Origin: Yuukianura sp. NJ FZ-2021
Lineage: Eukaryota
Direction: 5' to 3'
DNA: 64,000 nt
NCBI GenBank assembly: GCA_046563655.1
Contig: CM102287.1
Location: forward strand, 4,712,001-4,776,000
The position numbers and the translations under genes were made by a program. Shown here in pieces: positions 1 through 12,970 of the stretch; positions within the stretch are counted from its first letter, which is position 1; each line of letters opens with the position of its first letter. The notes under the pieces were generated by a model that had not been told where the DNA came from, did no database searches, and saw only the letters and a list, made by a program, of their open reading frames with translations.

Positions 1-72
1 GCCATCTCCGTCAATTTGAGAGACGGAGATGCTGGAAGTATTGCAAAGAAATTGTGAAGGAAAATGCAAGAA

Positions 73-1935
73 CGAAATTCAGTTTGTTTTGCGTTAATTT
101 GAAGATTTTACAGCGTCTCGAATTGGCAAAAATGCTGCGTCTTTAAGCGTGTTTGAATAGGGCAGAGATTCTGTGTGCAAGTGGGATTTTGTGAGATTTG
201 AGATAGGGGAATATACGGAGCAAAAAGGGCTTCCCCCCTCGTCCTTTGTTGTGCCGCCGAGGCGAGTGCCGGGAAAAAAAAATAAAAATTGAGAGTGGCA
301 GGGAAACTTTTGGAGCCGTACGATCCCCTTGCAGCTCCGGACACTTTTCAGAAGACTCCTCAACTTCACCATGCAAAATCTCTCTCAGAAAATTAAAAAA
401 AATTTTTAAATGTGAAAATTCATATCTTCAGAAGGAAATGCGTTAGAGAGCTAATCTCTTCGCGAATAAGTTCAGAAAAATGTGCAGAATTTTGCAAGGT
501 GGAAATTTTGCAACTTTTGCAAAAACTCCAAAACTTTAAAAATTAATATCTCGTGAATGGAATGCATTATAGAGCTAATCTCTTCGCGTCTAAATTCAGA
601 GGGACATGAAGTATTTTTAGAAAATTTAAAACAGTCAAATCGGAGCACAAAGTTTTTCGACGATTTTTGTAAAAAACGCAAAGACTATAGTCTTTGCATT
701 TTTTCAAATTTCATCAAAATTTTGAAGGTGCGTTTTTCGCAAAATTTTTGCACCAAATTATGCGAAATGTTGTCTTGCAACGTGAACGGGACGAAAGGTC
801 CACAGAAATTGCAACAAAGTTGAAATTTTTAGAAATTTCTAAAAACGGAAAACTAAATCTGCTTGAGAAGCAGAACCATTTTTTTTATTCATTCCTTCCA
901 TCAGTAGAACATCAGCACAGCATCAGTACAACAACAGACTGAAAAAGTTGAGCCAAGAAGTGGTCACTTTTGAATGGATTAATCCCTCAACTTTTTCATC
1001 CATTCAAACTACCTCCATACAAAACATCCCAAAATTCAAAAATACTTTGCGAATTCATATTTTACGAACAGATCTCTTTTCAGCGCTATCCTGTTTTTTG
1101 CAAAATTCTGCACATTTTTCTGAATTTATTCGAGAAGAGATTAACTCTCTAATGCATTCCATTCACGAGAGATATGAATTTTTAAAGTTTTGAAGTTTTT
1201 GCAAAAGTTGCAAAATTTCCACCTTGCAAAATTCTGCACATGTCGTATGACTAGATCCGAGCGCTGGAGCCACAGAAATTGCTGCAAAGTGGAAATTTTT
1301 CCAAGTTAAAAACTGCTAAAAATGAGTGTGTTGGTAGTTGGTAGCGAAAAAGTTGAGTCGTAAAGTGAGGATTTTTGAATGGATTAATCCCTCAACTTTT
1401 TCATCCATTCAAACTATCTATATACAAAATATTCCAAAATTCAAAAAAACTTTGCAAATTCATATCTTACGAACAGATTGCCTCCCAGCGTTATTCTCTT
1501 CTTTGCAAAATTCTGCACATTTTCCTGAATTTATTCGCAAAGAGATTAGCTCTCTAGCACATTTCGTTTTGCAGATATGAAATTTCAAAGTTTTAAGTTT
1601 TTTTTTAATTTTCTGAGAGAGATTTAGCATGGTGAAGTTGAGGAGTCTTCTGAAAAGTGTCCGGAGCTGCAAGGGGATCGTACGGCTCCAAAAGTTTCCC
1701 TGCCACTCTCAATTTTTATTTTTTTTTCCCAGCACTCGCTTCGGCGGCACAACAAAGGACGAGGGGGGAAGCCCTTTATGCTCCGTACATTCCCCTATCT
1801 CAAATCTCACAAAATCCCACTAGCACTCGGAGTCGGAATCGTTTCCATATTCAAAACACGCTTAAAGGCGAAACATTTTTGCCAATTCGAGACGCCGCAA
1901 ATTCTTCAAACTAACGCAAAACAAACTGAATTTCG
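73..1935. mobile_element. Foldback-like element with long modular inverted repeats (non-autonomous, family unknown)
   Basis: 73-~497 is the near reverse complement of ~1502-1935 (the same spurious ORFs appear at 94-372(-) and 1629-1823(+)). ~480-600 also pairs with ~1120-1240, and ~945-1150 is directly repeated at ~1350-1555. No transposase ORF or clear TSD. Confidence 0.65.
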
Positions 1936-3556
1936 CGATTTCATCGCTGTACGTCAAAAATCTTATAATTTTCGTGGATTTTTATTGTTTAATCAGCAGA
2001 TAGAAGCGGTGCAAATGCATAAACATAAACAATTTTTGGACGTTTTATATTCGAAGATCTACGTGGAACATTATTTTTATTTAGGTACGGGCATCTTCGT
2101 GTTCTTGTGTTTAACACTTTGTAATTAATATCGGTTTTCTTCTAAAAGCTACAACTTTTTTAGCTGTACGACAGAAACTGAGCATGAATTCCACGTTTCT
2201 CACAGAAGCTAACTGAAATTGCGGTAGTCCTGATTTATAAATGAGTACTAAAAGTACTAGTGACGTCCAGTTTCTCCCGGTGCTTTGTCGCGGATGATGC
2301 TGGAATCACAACTTCCTGGAAACATACAAAAAAAATTGTAATTAAAATAAAATTATTGTAATAGGTTCGTACGCCATTGTCAATCTAACTATCGCTTCTT
2401 ACGCCTTAAAATCTAGGGAAAGCGGCGGCGCGTCAAGCAAAAGTGAAAGCTGATCGCAGGGATAGTTGAACGGCTGAGTGGCAGAGGGAAGCGCTTTCTC
2501 CGTTTTCAAAACTCCGGTTCAAATTGTCCAAACGAAAAAAAAGTAGTTACTGCCTCCAATTTTTTCTTAAAATGATTTTTACTTTCGTCAGTACTACTGG
2601 ATGTTGTCGTTGAAGTTGATTGTCATTGGAAGCGACTAGAGATCCATGGGAGTGGAAATGATTGTGATTGAGATTGAGAACGAAGACTGCGGTGGTTCAG
2701 TTGCGCTGAACGGTAGTGGTGAGTTGTTGATTGGGAAAGACAATTGAGTAAATTTGAACTGAAAGATTAGTGACTTGGCAGAAGAAAAGACTAGGAGATA
2801 AAAATCCTGGAATAAATTGACTTTCTCCTGCCTCTGCCATGAGCATTATGCGGAGACAGCATTGTCTCTTGTCCTCAAAGAATTGAAATCCTTTCCCATC
2901 AAAGATTCAGTTAACGACGGAGCAATCAGAAAAAATTGGGAAGTCTACCCCTGCTTTCCCCCAAAAACGTAAGCTGTACTTTCTTTCTTCCCTTGAATTA
3001 AAGTTTATTTCCAGTCGGAATGTTTTTGGTTGTTGGTTCATTAGAATCCAGTCCCTCCCCCACAATGAATATTCATCCATTTCCTTTACGATACGACTCA
3101 CGGACATCCCTCGTCCGTAACAAAAATATTCTATAGTACTTCTTTCCGCTCCTAATACCGATTTTCACTTCAGGTTTATATTTAAGCTCTTCAGAAAAAC
3201 AACAACCAAAAATAACCGCAAAGCAACAAAAACTGAACAACACTAAACTACGTAGAAATTGACTTCCTCCCAGCTTCATAGCGCCGAAATCACCGCGAAA
3301 AGTCAAAGTTCTTATCACATTTTAGCAAAAAAAAAAAAGAAAGATGTCAACAATTGAAAAACAAAATAAAAATCCATTTTAAAGTCCCAGAATTATTTTT
3401 CACTTGTGAAACTTTGACGCCGTACAATTTAACTTTGCAGGCTTTTGTACTAGGAATTTTCGTACAAATTTTAGATTTAGAATTTAGAGACAAAACCTGT
3501 CAAAGTCCAAGAGACTATTCTGTTAAAATTTAGTCCAAAATTTATAATTTCATAAA

Positions 3557-4103
3557 TAAATCGGAAAACCCTAAGGCCAAGATGGATAACGTTCAACAAT
3601 ATTTTTCGTTTTGAAAAATATTGACGCCGAACAACTTTATTACGAACCATAGCGTAGGAAGTTTAGTCAAAGAATTTTCAATTAAAAAAAAATAGAAAAA
3701 CCCTGACTCTGACTAACGATGGATAAACTTCAAGAATGCTTTTCACGTTTTGAAAAATGTGGACGCCGTACAACTTTATTTTAGACCTATTTTCTTGAGG
3801 TAATGCAAAAACGCATTAGATTTTTGTGTCAAAAATCGGAAATCCTTAAGGTGAAGGCGTGCAACGTTCCAGAATGCTTTTTGTTTTGAAAAAGGTTGAC
3901 GCCGTCCACCTTTATTACGTCCACTTTCGTAGGAATTTAAATCCAAAATTTTTCAATGTAAAAATTATATCGAAAAACCCTGACAAACGATGGATACAGT
4001 TTAAGAATATTTTTCATGTTTTGAAAAATGTTGACGCCGTACAAGTTTATTTCAGCCATATTTCCTTTAGGTAATGCAAAAACCAATGTAGATTTTTGTG
4101 TCA
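3557..4103. repeat. Degenerate tandem repeat: two ~270-275 bp units, each made of two related subunits
   Basis: Units start AAATCGGAAA..C.TAAGG (~3557, ~3832) and end AGGTAATGCAAAAAC..AGATTTTTGTGTCA (~3831, 4103). A GTTTTGAAAAA..T.GACGCCG core recurs four times. Confidence 0.8.
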
Positions 4104-7100
4104 TTGTTTTGTCGAACAAAAGAACTGGAAGTGAACGGAAGTTTCGTTTGTGGAGGGTGACTTTGGTGTTTTAGTTTTAGTTCAACGTCGACTGGATGAC
4201 ATGGAGAATGGAGTCTGGAAAAGGCTAGGAAAGAAGAATCAGTTGATGACGATGAAGAACAAGAAGCGAGAGGAAGAAGGGGGGTTAAATGTGGAAAATA
4301 TGGAAATCGGAGGGTGCGGACAGAAGAAGCGGATCGGGAAGCTTTCCCCGGTTTTAGTTTCCCTCTGACTGAAGAGACACGACACAAGGATCTACCTTCC
4401 GTTCCTCATTTTTTTAACGCCACATTAGGAGAGCTCTCCATCCTGTCCGGGCCAGAAGAACCTCTCATTACTCTCCACAGCCAAAAATGAACTTTCTCCG
4501 CCTAGTTCCCCCGGCCGAAACTCCAAAAAAGAATAGGGAAAGTACCCTCTGACTCCCGTAACTAAATCTTTTGTCGGCAGTTCCGGACTCCACTCCAGAC
4601 ACTTTATGATCCTCCTCTCATCTTTTAATACGCTCCACCAGTCCCAAAATATAACTCATCTTTTCAAAAAATATTAAAACAACAATATACTTATTCTCAA
4701 AAAAATGAACCATTTCATACTATACTCCAAATTCCACATCTTGGTTTTTCGAAGAACCGAAGCTTTTGAAATCCCAGTTTAAAAATCCAAGTTTTTGAAA
4801 CCATTTCAGCAGTATCATCCCTTCACCCCCTTGATTTGAAAATTCGAAGGGATGAAATCCCTGGTGTATGTCTCCAAAAAAAACTTTCCAACGAATTCCA
4901 ACTTTCCATTTGGCCACACCACTTGCCTAGTCAGTTGCTCAGATAAATTGCTAGTCTTTGGCAGCAGTGTCTCAAATGTAGCGTTAAGGTAATGACAGGA
5001 TAGTCAACATGTTTCCACATGATCAATTGGCAAATAACTTCCAAGAAAGGGATGGAAAGGGCGACTCGACGAAGTGAAAGTTCGGACTTTCGCTTCCTCC
5101 TTTCCTCTGCGATGGCTCTTCAATCATCATCAAAATGACCAACCACTTCATGTAAAATGCATGAAGATGAAGAAATCTTCCTTTCTCATGGTAATTCTCC
5201 CAATACATCTCTCCGCTGGACACAACTCCTTCGTCCGGGAGAGTCTCTTGGACTGGAAGTCCAGTGTGCTTCGAAAAAAAGTAACAATGGACATACAGGA
5301 CGCGGAGGCGGGGAAAAATTGTAGCCAACTTTCTAAAAAAATCAACATCATCCGAGATGCGATATTTCAAGGGAAAAAGGGTTTCCTGTCCGCTCCCATC
5401 AGCCCCCATTTTCAATCATCCAAAACTAACCAATCTGTCTTCCTTTGACTGATCTCTCCTCATTTCCAAATCTAACATTTCAAAAACAACCATAAAAAAA
5501 AACCTAACCTAAGCTAAACAGAAAAAAAAACTACCCTCTAAACCAACAGCTTTACCAAAATGTGGCCAAATTCAACAATTCAACCCCTCTCACCCTTTCA
5601 GCTTCAAAAAACTAACAAAAAGTTTCCGAAAAACTGAATTCTCCGATATTCCAGTACCCAATTAATCTCCGTCTTGCTTTCACCCGAAATCTAGATTCAA
5701 AATTTGTTCAATTTTTCCACAAATGCATTTCGAAAAGCTACAAATTTTTCTTAAAATTACTTTTTTTTTGTGTTTAAAATCCACCCCGAAGCTCCCTATT
5801 TTTATCGAAACTTGATCCGCATGAAGCCCTTGGATTTTTGAAATTCGTTTCACGGAATCGATTCCCCTGATTTGGATTAGGTGTCATGTGTGATCTTGGA
5901 ATTAACACTTCTCCCGCCGCCGCCCGTCGTTCCAATTCCCAGTTTGTGGTCACCCACAAGATCAAAGAAGATCCAAAAGGCTACTGTGTGATGTCCTTAG
6001 AGACAAGACACAAGGCTCCACCGCCCCTGAATTTCACACTCTTACTCACTATCATCCCCACCCCCAAATGACGCCATCCCTCTGGCCCTTAATATATTTA
6101 AAACAAAACAGTTTCGACACTCTGGCAAAGTGTCGCCGGCTCTCCTCTTCCTCAAAGGATTTCAAAGGAGCAGAGGGAAGTAGGAAGCAGAATCCAGAAC
6201 TTCGGTTCCATCGACGACGACATTCTACACACGAGCCAGAAGCAAAAGAAGAAGAAGAAAAAACTGTAAGAATCTTGGTAAGATTTTTCTTTGGTGAAAC
6301 ATTATACTTTATAACTAGGTGGAAGATGCTCTCTCGGTCATCACCGTCTCCCGTATTTCATCCTCCTCTCCTTTCCCAACTGTATCTCATTACAACTCAC
6401 ACAGGAAAAGAAAGAAATCTCCTCTGCAGAATATGGCAAAAGAAACTGATTGAATTGGAAATTTGAGCAAAGCGGAGAAGACGACGCCATCTTGAAAGTG
6501 AGCGGATGTGAGCCAAGAGCTTTCAAATTCAGCGCTCTGTCTACTTACTAAAAAGCTAAAACGAAGAAAGAGGTTACCTAGTTTTCTCCGAGACAGAGGA
6601 AAACACATACGTTTGTTCAAAATATTACGTTGATCAGATTCACATCAATTATCATCTCATGTCTCTTAATTTTCTAGTATTTCCACTTTTAGTTCTTGTT
6701 TTCAACCAACATCTCCTTGAAAAGGTCACCAACAAGGTCAAACTTTACAAAATTCAAAAGGACAAATGAAATTTTACCTCCTGAGGTCAATTTACGACAC
6801 AACAAAGGTCATTCGCCACAATTCCTGTCATTTTTATAATTTGAAAAATTTACAATTTTTTTTACAATTTATGACAGTGCCATCCTGTCATTGTTCATTT
6901 AAAAGTTCAAGTACAGTGTCCGGTTTAACTTTTCAATTCCTGCTTTCTCTCCTAAACAGACGCCGGATTGTTCAAAATTTATGAAAATTTTCACCTGTTC
7001 GACGCTACAAAATTGAAAAATGGCGTAGCAAGGTGCTTTCAAGGTGCCTTTTTTGACGTCAAGTGAAGTGGATTCGGTAGTGGCGTCGTTATTTTTTTGT

Positions 7101-10100
7101 TTGAAATGCTTTTCGTCGGCATTTGGAAGTTTTTTGAAGTAAAGTTTGTAGCCTGCCTCAGCATAAACCACCTGTAATTTCAGTTCGATTTCCCCGTGGT
7201 GGTTCAATTCTTGTGAACAATGGACAATGGTTCTGTGGAGGAGGAAACTGGCATCTGCACCTTTCCAACCCTAAACAATGAAATTTGCAATGGAAATGAG
7301 GGCTCAGCACTCTCTTTCTGTGTAATACGTTTCAACTCTGTGCCTCGCCTTAGCTGCCATTCCTCCACAATTTCAAAAAAAAAGTTCCCCACCAAAGCCA
7401 CCACCACCAGCCCAAAAACTGTGGTGGTGGTGTGCTGAAATTGACAAGCGTGGCTGATTTGACGACGACAATTTCCCATTGTCCTCTTCTGTCCTATTGT
7501 TGACTTCCAATACTCTACACAAGGGCTGACTGAAGAGTTAAAACAGATTTTCACCTTGGGAGATTCATGACAAAACAACTTCTTCTGCTGTATACTGCCA
7601 ATACTTTGTCTACGTGGTTTCAAATACACAAACTACTCTGCTCCGCGATCCTGGAGCTTCGCTTGACGCTTCCAAGTGGCCACGTTCCCAGGGAATTTTC
7701 TGGAGCTTTTCCTAAATATTATTGAATTAATCCAACCATGTAATTGAAGCCCATATGCTAGTCCTCTCCTAAGCCCTCTGTCAACTTTCACCGTGAAACG
7801 GATCGTGATCGAAAACCAAAATAACAAACTGCCTACAGCCCATACTTTCGTTTTCAAAATAGTTACTCCCTATTCCTAAAAATTTCAATTTTCTGTCAAA
7901 ACGGAAACCATTTCCTCTTAACTTTGAATAAAACCGTTCCCAAATTCCTAGAAATTTTTCAAACTCCGACGCCATTTAAAACTCTGATCCTCCACTTTCT
8001 CTTTCTCGAAATTTCCAACTTTCTCTTTCTCCAAATTTCCTGCTGTTTTTCTCCAAATTTTCTTTCCTGGAAAAATTTCTCCTTTTGAAAAACTTTTCTA
8101 CGCATTTGAAAATGAATCCACGCCAAAGTGAATCTTGCCAAGTCGAAATGGAGGCAGAAGAGGGGAAATTTTTGGCCGTGGGTTCAGAGTTAAAGGTTCC
8201 TGTGTGTATTTTTGGGAGTGGTTGGGTCGGTAAGTGGGGCCATCCTTGAGTGTTTCTGTTCTTGTGAATATTCATGAGGGAGGGGTAATTTCACTTGCAA
8301 ATGGGCTGGATCCAACCTCTTCTTCTGCCGGGGATACTGCGAGGGAGGATAAGCTCCTGGATGGGATCCAGTCACATATGCACATCCCTCCACCCTCCAT
8401 TCCCACCAATTCACACGCTCTACTCCTAAGACTACCAGATCAAATCAAGACACACAAAAAATCCAAAAAGAGGAAGATGAAATCCTTAGATGAGCAGATG
8501 AGAGCAGGGAAGGATTAGCAACAAAAAGAAAGAAAGCTTCGCAAAAGGAAAGAAAGATGCTTTCTCTTCTTTCCTAGAACGGGAATGAATAATACACGGA
8601 GACAATCCCTCAGAATACTCAGAAATATTCATCACTAATCTCACTCTTCCAGTTACCCAGCTTCTCAAAAAAAAAATGAAACGTTTCAATTCAAGCTTTC
8701 CAATTTTCAACTCAAAAATTTTAAAATTCAAAAGGATCACCTTTATAATATGTAGTAACACTGACAAAAAAAAAAACAAACTAGGGAACGCGACAAATGA
8801 ACTACAGATCAACTGTAGCAAAATAGTGAGAATTTTACAAGCCAAAAAACTGAAGAAAAAATTAACGGCATTTGGCACTAGCAAAAAAAAGTTGGAACAG
8901 ATTCTTTCTCCGTTGGAACAAATCCACAATTTCGCCTTCTAAATTGTAAATCGTTTCCAAATATTGAAAAGGCGAAAAATTCCTGAAATTTTATAAAAAC
9001 CAGAATTTTTGCTGCACCTACTCAACCACAAATGTGACCCGAAAAACAATGCCAACAAAGAGTTCAACAACACTTGAAAAATTAAATCTGATCTTCCTGG
9101 ATGAACTTTGGTGTTTGTGTGATGTGAGAAAACCAAAAAAAATCAAATCTGAAACCATTTCCACTTTTTGCTTGATACAAAATTAATGTTCAGACTTCGC
9201 CTGTTCAAAATCCAAAATCTCTCGCTCAAGTATAAGAACAATTGTGAAAAATCATAATTGAGCCTCACCTAATGGACAGACTGCGCTCATAAATCAGTTA
9301 GAAATCAGAGGGATCGGATCTCTCTCTCTTTTTCTTTTGCATCTCCCCACTCCCAGACCATCTCAGAATCACGTTTAGCTTCGAAAGGAAGATGAGGAGG
9401 CAGAGGGAGTGCAAAAGCCAAGTACAGAAGCAAAGATCAATTCAAGGAGCTACCCGCCCTCTCCTTCATCATTATTACCCACTCCCTAGATTAATAATCT
9501 CCAACTAACTCTCTCCTGTAACCACCGTAACCACTCATAACCACTCCAAAAGTTACCGCATTCCATCGATTCGAAACACTTCAAAACTCGTTCTGGACCC
9601 ACCTCTTCACAACACTTGATCGGAACAGATCCTAAACTTTTTGAAGCGATTTGTGATCTCATAATTAATCATACCTGACTTTGACAAGGGTTATTTCTCT
9701 CTGTTACGCTTTTACACTCATCCACTTTAAAATCCTAAACCACACAGGAGCAAAATATTTACGTGAGGAAAACTCACTCTTAAAACAAAAACTGGAAACT
9801 TAAATCTTCCTTGTCTGTATTCAAATTTTAATTATTTCAGTAGCCAAAGATGAAAAGACGAAGATTGCTCCACACTGCAACCCAATTTCCATTTTAATCA
9901 AGCCCCTCTCCCAAGGTGTGGAAATCACCAATTTAGGCACTTCAAATTCTCACACCAAAATTTTCACACTTTCAATTACACAATTCTCTTTTTCGAAATG
10001 TTCGTGCCGTTCAACTTTTCTGCAATTTTCACCCCTTAAAATTTAGCTGAACGTAGTTCAATTTTTGTTGTTTTGGGAAGAACGTCAATTTTTAAATCTT

Positions 10101-12210
10101 CGAATTTCTAACTTGAGTTTCCGAAGAATTAGAATACTGTTTTATGATTTGAAAAATTATTACTATTTTCGAAACTTTTCGAAATTCGTCGCCTGTACCA
10201 AATATCGAAGCTACTTTACTCCTTAAAGTTTTAACTCTGAATTTAAACAGAAAAATATCGGATGGAAATGATGTTCGGTTGAACGGAATGTGAAGAAGGC
10301 GGAGACGGACAATAAATCAAAAGGGGCCCCTTAATGTGACTTAATGTTTCGAAACTGGAGTCTAAAGGGCCCCCTTCTCCCTTTTCTTTCTCTTTTTGAT
10401 TTCGGTTCATTTAGTAAGTGCGACACTAAAAAATAAGTCAACACAATAAAAGTCTCCCTCCTATTTGTTCGGAACCAACAGAGTCACTTTCACTCAATCT
10501 CAGCCCCACTTTCCTCGTCCACCAGCAGTATTTTAACTTTGACGACTCACTTCTAAAAGCAATTTCAAATCAATCCATGGATAAGATCAACTTCCTCACC
10601 AATTCTAACATTTCAATTCTTCCATGTAAAGAATTCTAAAGGCCTCACTGAATCTCGAATCAAAACTTTTCGAAAAATTTAGCAGCAGCTTTTGCAGCAA
10701 AATAAAAAACTTATCGACGTCAAAGTCTAGCAGTGGTAGCGACGAATGGAATGAATGAAATTTACCTGTCGGCCAAGAGGGGAGTGTCAGAGCATTAAGT
10801 ACACAAAACACCGTGCATTATTCTCATTGCCCCAATTTCATGCTTCCGAAACATTTTTAAAAACAAAATTAGTTCAAAAAGTGCACCGGATGTTCAAAAT
10901 TTTCTAAATCTTCGAAACACTTTAAGAAAAAAGCTAACAAATCAACCATTTCACCCAGAAAATTAAAAAACAAAGTAAAAAATCTTCCAGTTTTGCAGAA
11001 ACAACAATCCAACTTCTCTTCATGCAGAATTTCTCTTCTAAAAATCAAAAACAAACCTAAAATTTCCCATTTCAGAAGGAGAAATCGAAGTTTTCGAATT
11101 TAAAGTTACGTTTCTTCTAAAATTCGAAAACAAACTTGAAATTATCCCAATTTAGTACCAGAAAGACAAAGTTTTTGTCAATCTCGTGCTTAGTTGCTTC
11201 TAAAATTGAAAACCGAAGCTAAAATTATTGCATTTCTAAAACAAATCGAACTTTTTGGTGGGTTAACGTCGCATGAGCCTCTAAGATTCGGGTGACATGA
11301 CCTCATGATCTTGTGAGGTGCTAAAAAGTAATGTTAGTTTAGCGTGGCGGTGGACCATAAGGATGGTAAAGATGACAATAACCATTAGGATCCCTGGAAC
11401 TGAATGAACAAATAGGAAATTGCTCTCCTCACAACTACCTAGAGAGTCAAGGTGGAAATTAGAAGTCGTTAAGCCTGCTCGAAGAATCCTTCCACCTAAA
11501 GTTCAATTCTTCAAAAAACAAAACAACAAAGTTACAGACATGCTAATTGCACCTCTCAAAAGATCTCTCACCTTCCGCATCTATCATCATCAAACAAAAG
11601 TCCGAACAGAGAGCGTTCAAAACTGTCCATTTTTACCTTGGCCAAAAATATCTTACTGCTTTTCAGCATCCAAGCTTCGAAGAAGAAAAAAAAATGAAAA
11701 AACGGATCAGTTTAATTTTTTTCAAACTTTGCCTACTCAAAATTCAACATCTCTTCGCCAAAAAAATGAAAAAATTGAAAGCTTCTCTTTAGTCGATTTC
11801 CGATCAGAATTTGCTTTTAGCCTTTGCCTCACTTACGTAAATCTCCAATATCTCAATTTAAATTGTTTCATAACTTCTGCTTCGTTTCCCCGTGAGGAAA
11901 TCTGTGTTTAGAATTGCAAAATTCCGCTCATACGTGGAACAACCAATGGCTCTCTTCTCTCAGAGCGAAGCAAAATCCTAGTAGTACAGAGGATCGCAGA
12001 GCCTGATGATGTTCGAAATGAATAAAAGATTAAGTTGAACTATTTAGAATCCCAGCTAAACCTATAGCCGAGATGAACATGATGGGAATTACTTTTTTTC
12101 TGTTCTAAATTCCATATTTTCTCATTTCCTGGAACAGGATTTTGGTTTCTTTCAAGACAAGGCCACAAAAACAAAAGAAGAATAAATAAGAAGGAAAATC
12201 ATCCCCCTTA

Positions 12211-12970
12211 AGCCCGTATCACATTGCCGACGCACCTCAACTTTTTGCGTTGGATTTGAATCCAACGCGAGAAAAAGGCTATCACACTGGATTTGAGGCT
12301 GCGTTGAGTTGACGCGCGTTTTTTCTCAGCCTCAAAGTTGACGCGACGTCAAAATCGGGGAGCTATCACACTGGCTCTTTCCGATTCAAAACTGACGTCG
12401 CGTCAAGAAAAGTTGACGCGATGAGAAGTTGAACTTGGTTCAACTTTTCTTTGCGTCAAAATCAAATCGGAGCTACAAACCACAGCTGATTGTGTTTGTT
12501 TACGAATACAATCGTGTTTTAACACTTAATTGTGCTTTCGTGAAGTGTGTCACAGTTCATATCATTATCAAACATAATTTTGATAATTAATATAATAGTG
12601 TTTTAACGTTTCCCGGCCGCGGAACATGTGTTTAAGTTTAACTAAGGTAAAAAGTATCTGGCATCTGTACTTATAGATTGCATTATCGTATTCCTTAGCA
12701 ATTTTGGCATTTATAATTAAAAAATTGGAGAAATTGAAAATTGTTAATTGTGGTTTGGCGCTGCAAGATTTTTAAAATGTTCTTCAGTCAACCACATTCG
12801 TCACAGATGTCAGTGCAGTTCCAGCGTTAATTTTGAAGCCGCGTTATTTCTGACGCCAGGACCTTGCAATGTGATAGCTACCATCTTTGCGTCAAAACCA
12901 ACGCGCCTCAATTCTGGGCGTTGGATTTAAAGCCAACGCTCAACGCAAGCGGTGCAATGTGATACGGGCT
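12211..12970. mobile_element. MITE, PIF/Harbinger (Tourist-like) type, 760 bp
   Basis: Perfect 17-bp TIRs AGCCCGTATCACATTGC (12211-12227) and GCAATGTGATACGGGCT (12954-12970), flanked on both sides by TTA (12208-12210, 12971-12973). A 3-bp TTA/TAA TSD is characteristic of PIF/Harbinger. No coding capacity. Confidence 0.9.

Noticed and set aside
94..2128. Mirror-image ORFs on both strands (MVKLRSLLKSVRSCKG...)
   Set aside because: By-products of the inverted repeat; no recognisable domain and discordant stops between copies.
2230..3320. Minus-strand exon-like blocks with acceptors near 2315 and 2758
   Set aside because: All three frames of the ~2580-2758 block contain stops; no consistent gene model.
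4720..5448. ORFs of 65-130 aa, one faintly resembling an LRR/F-box-associated segment (FPRLRVLYVHC)
   Set aside because: The resemblance is too weak and I could not build a spliced model; needs BLASTX or HHpred.
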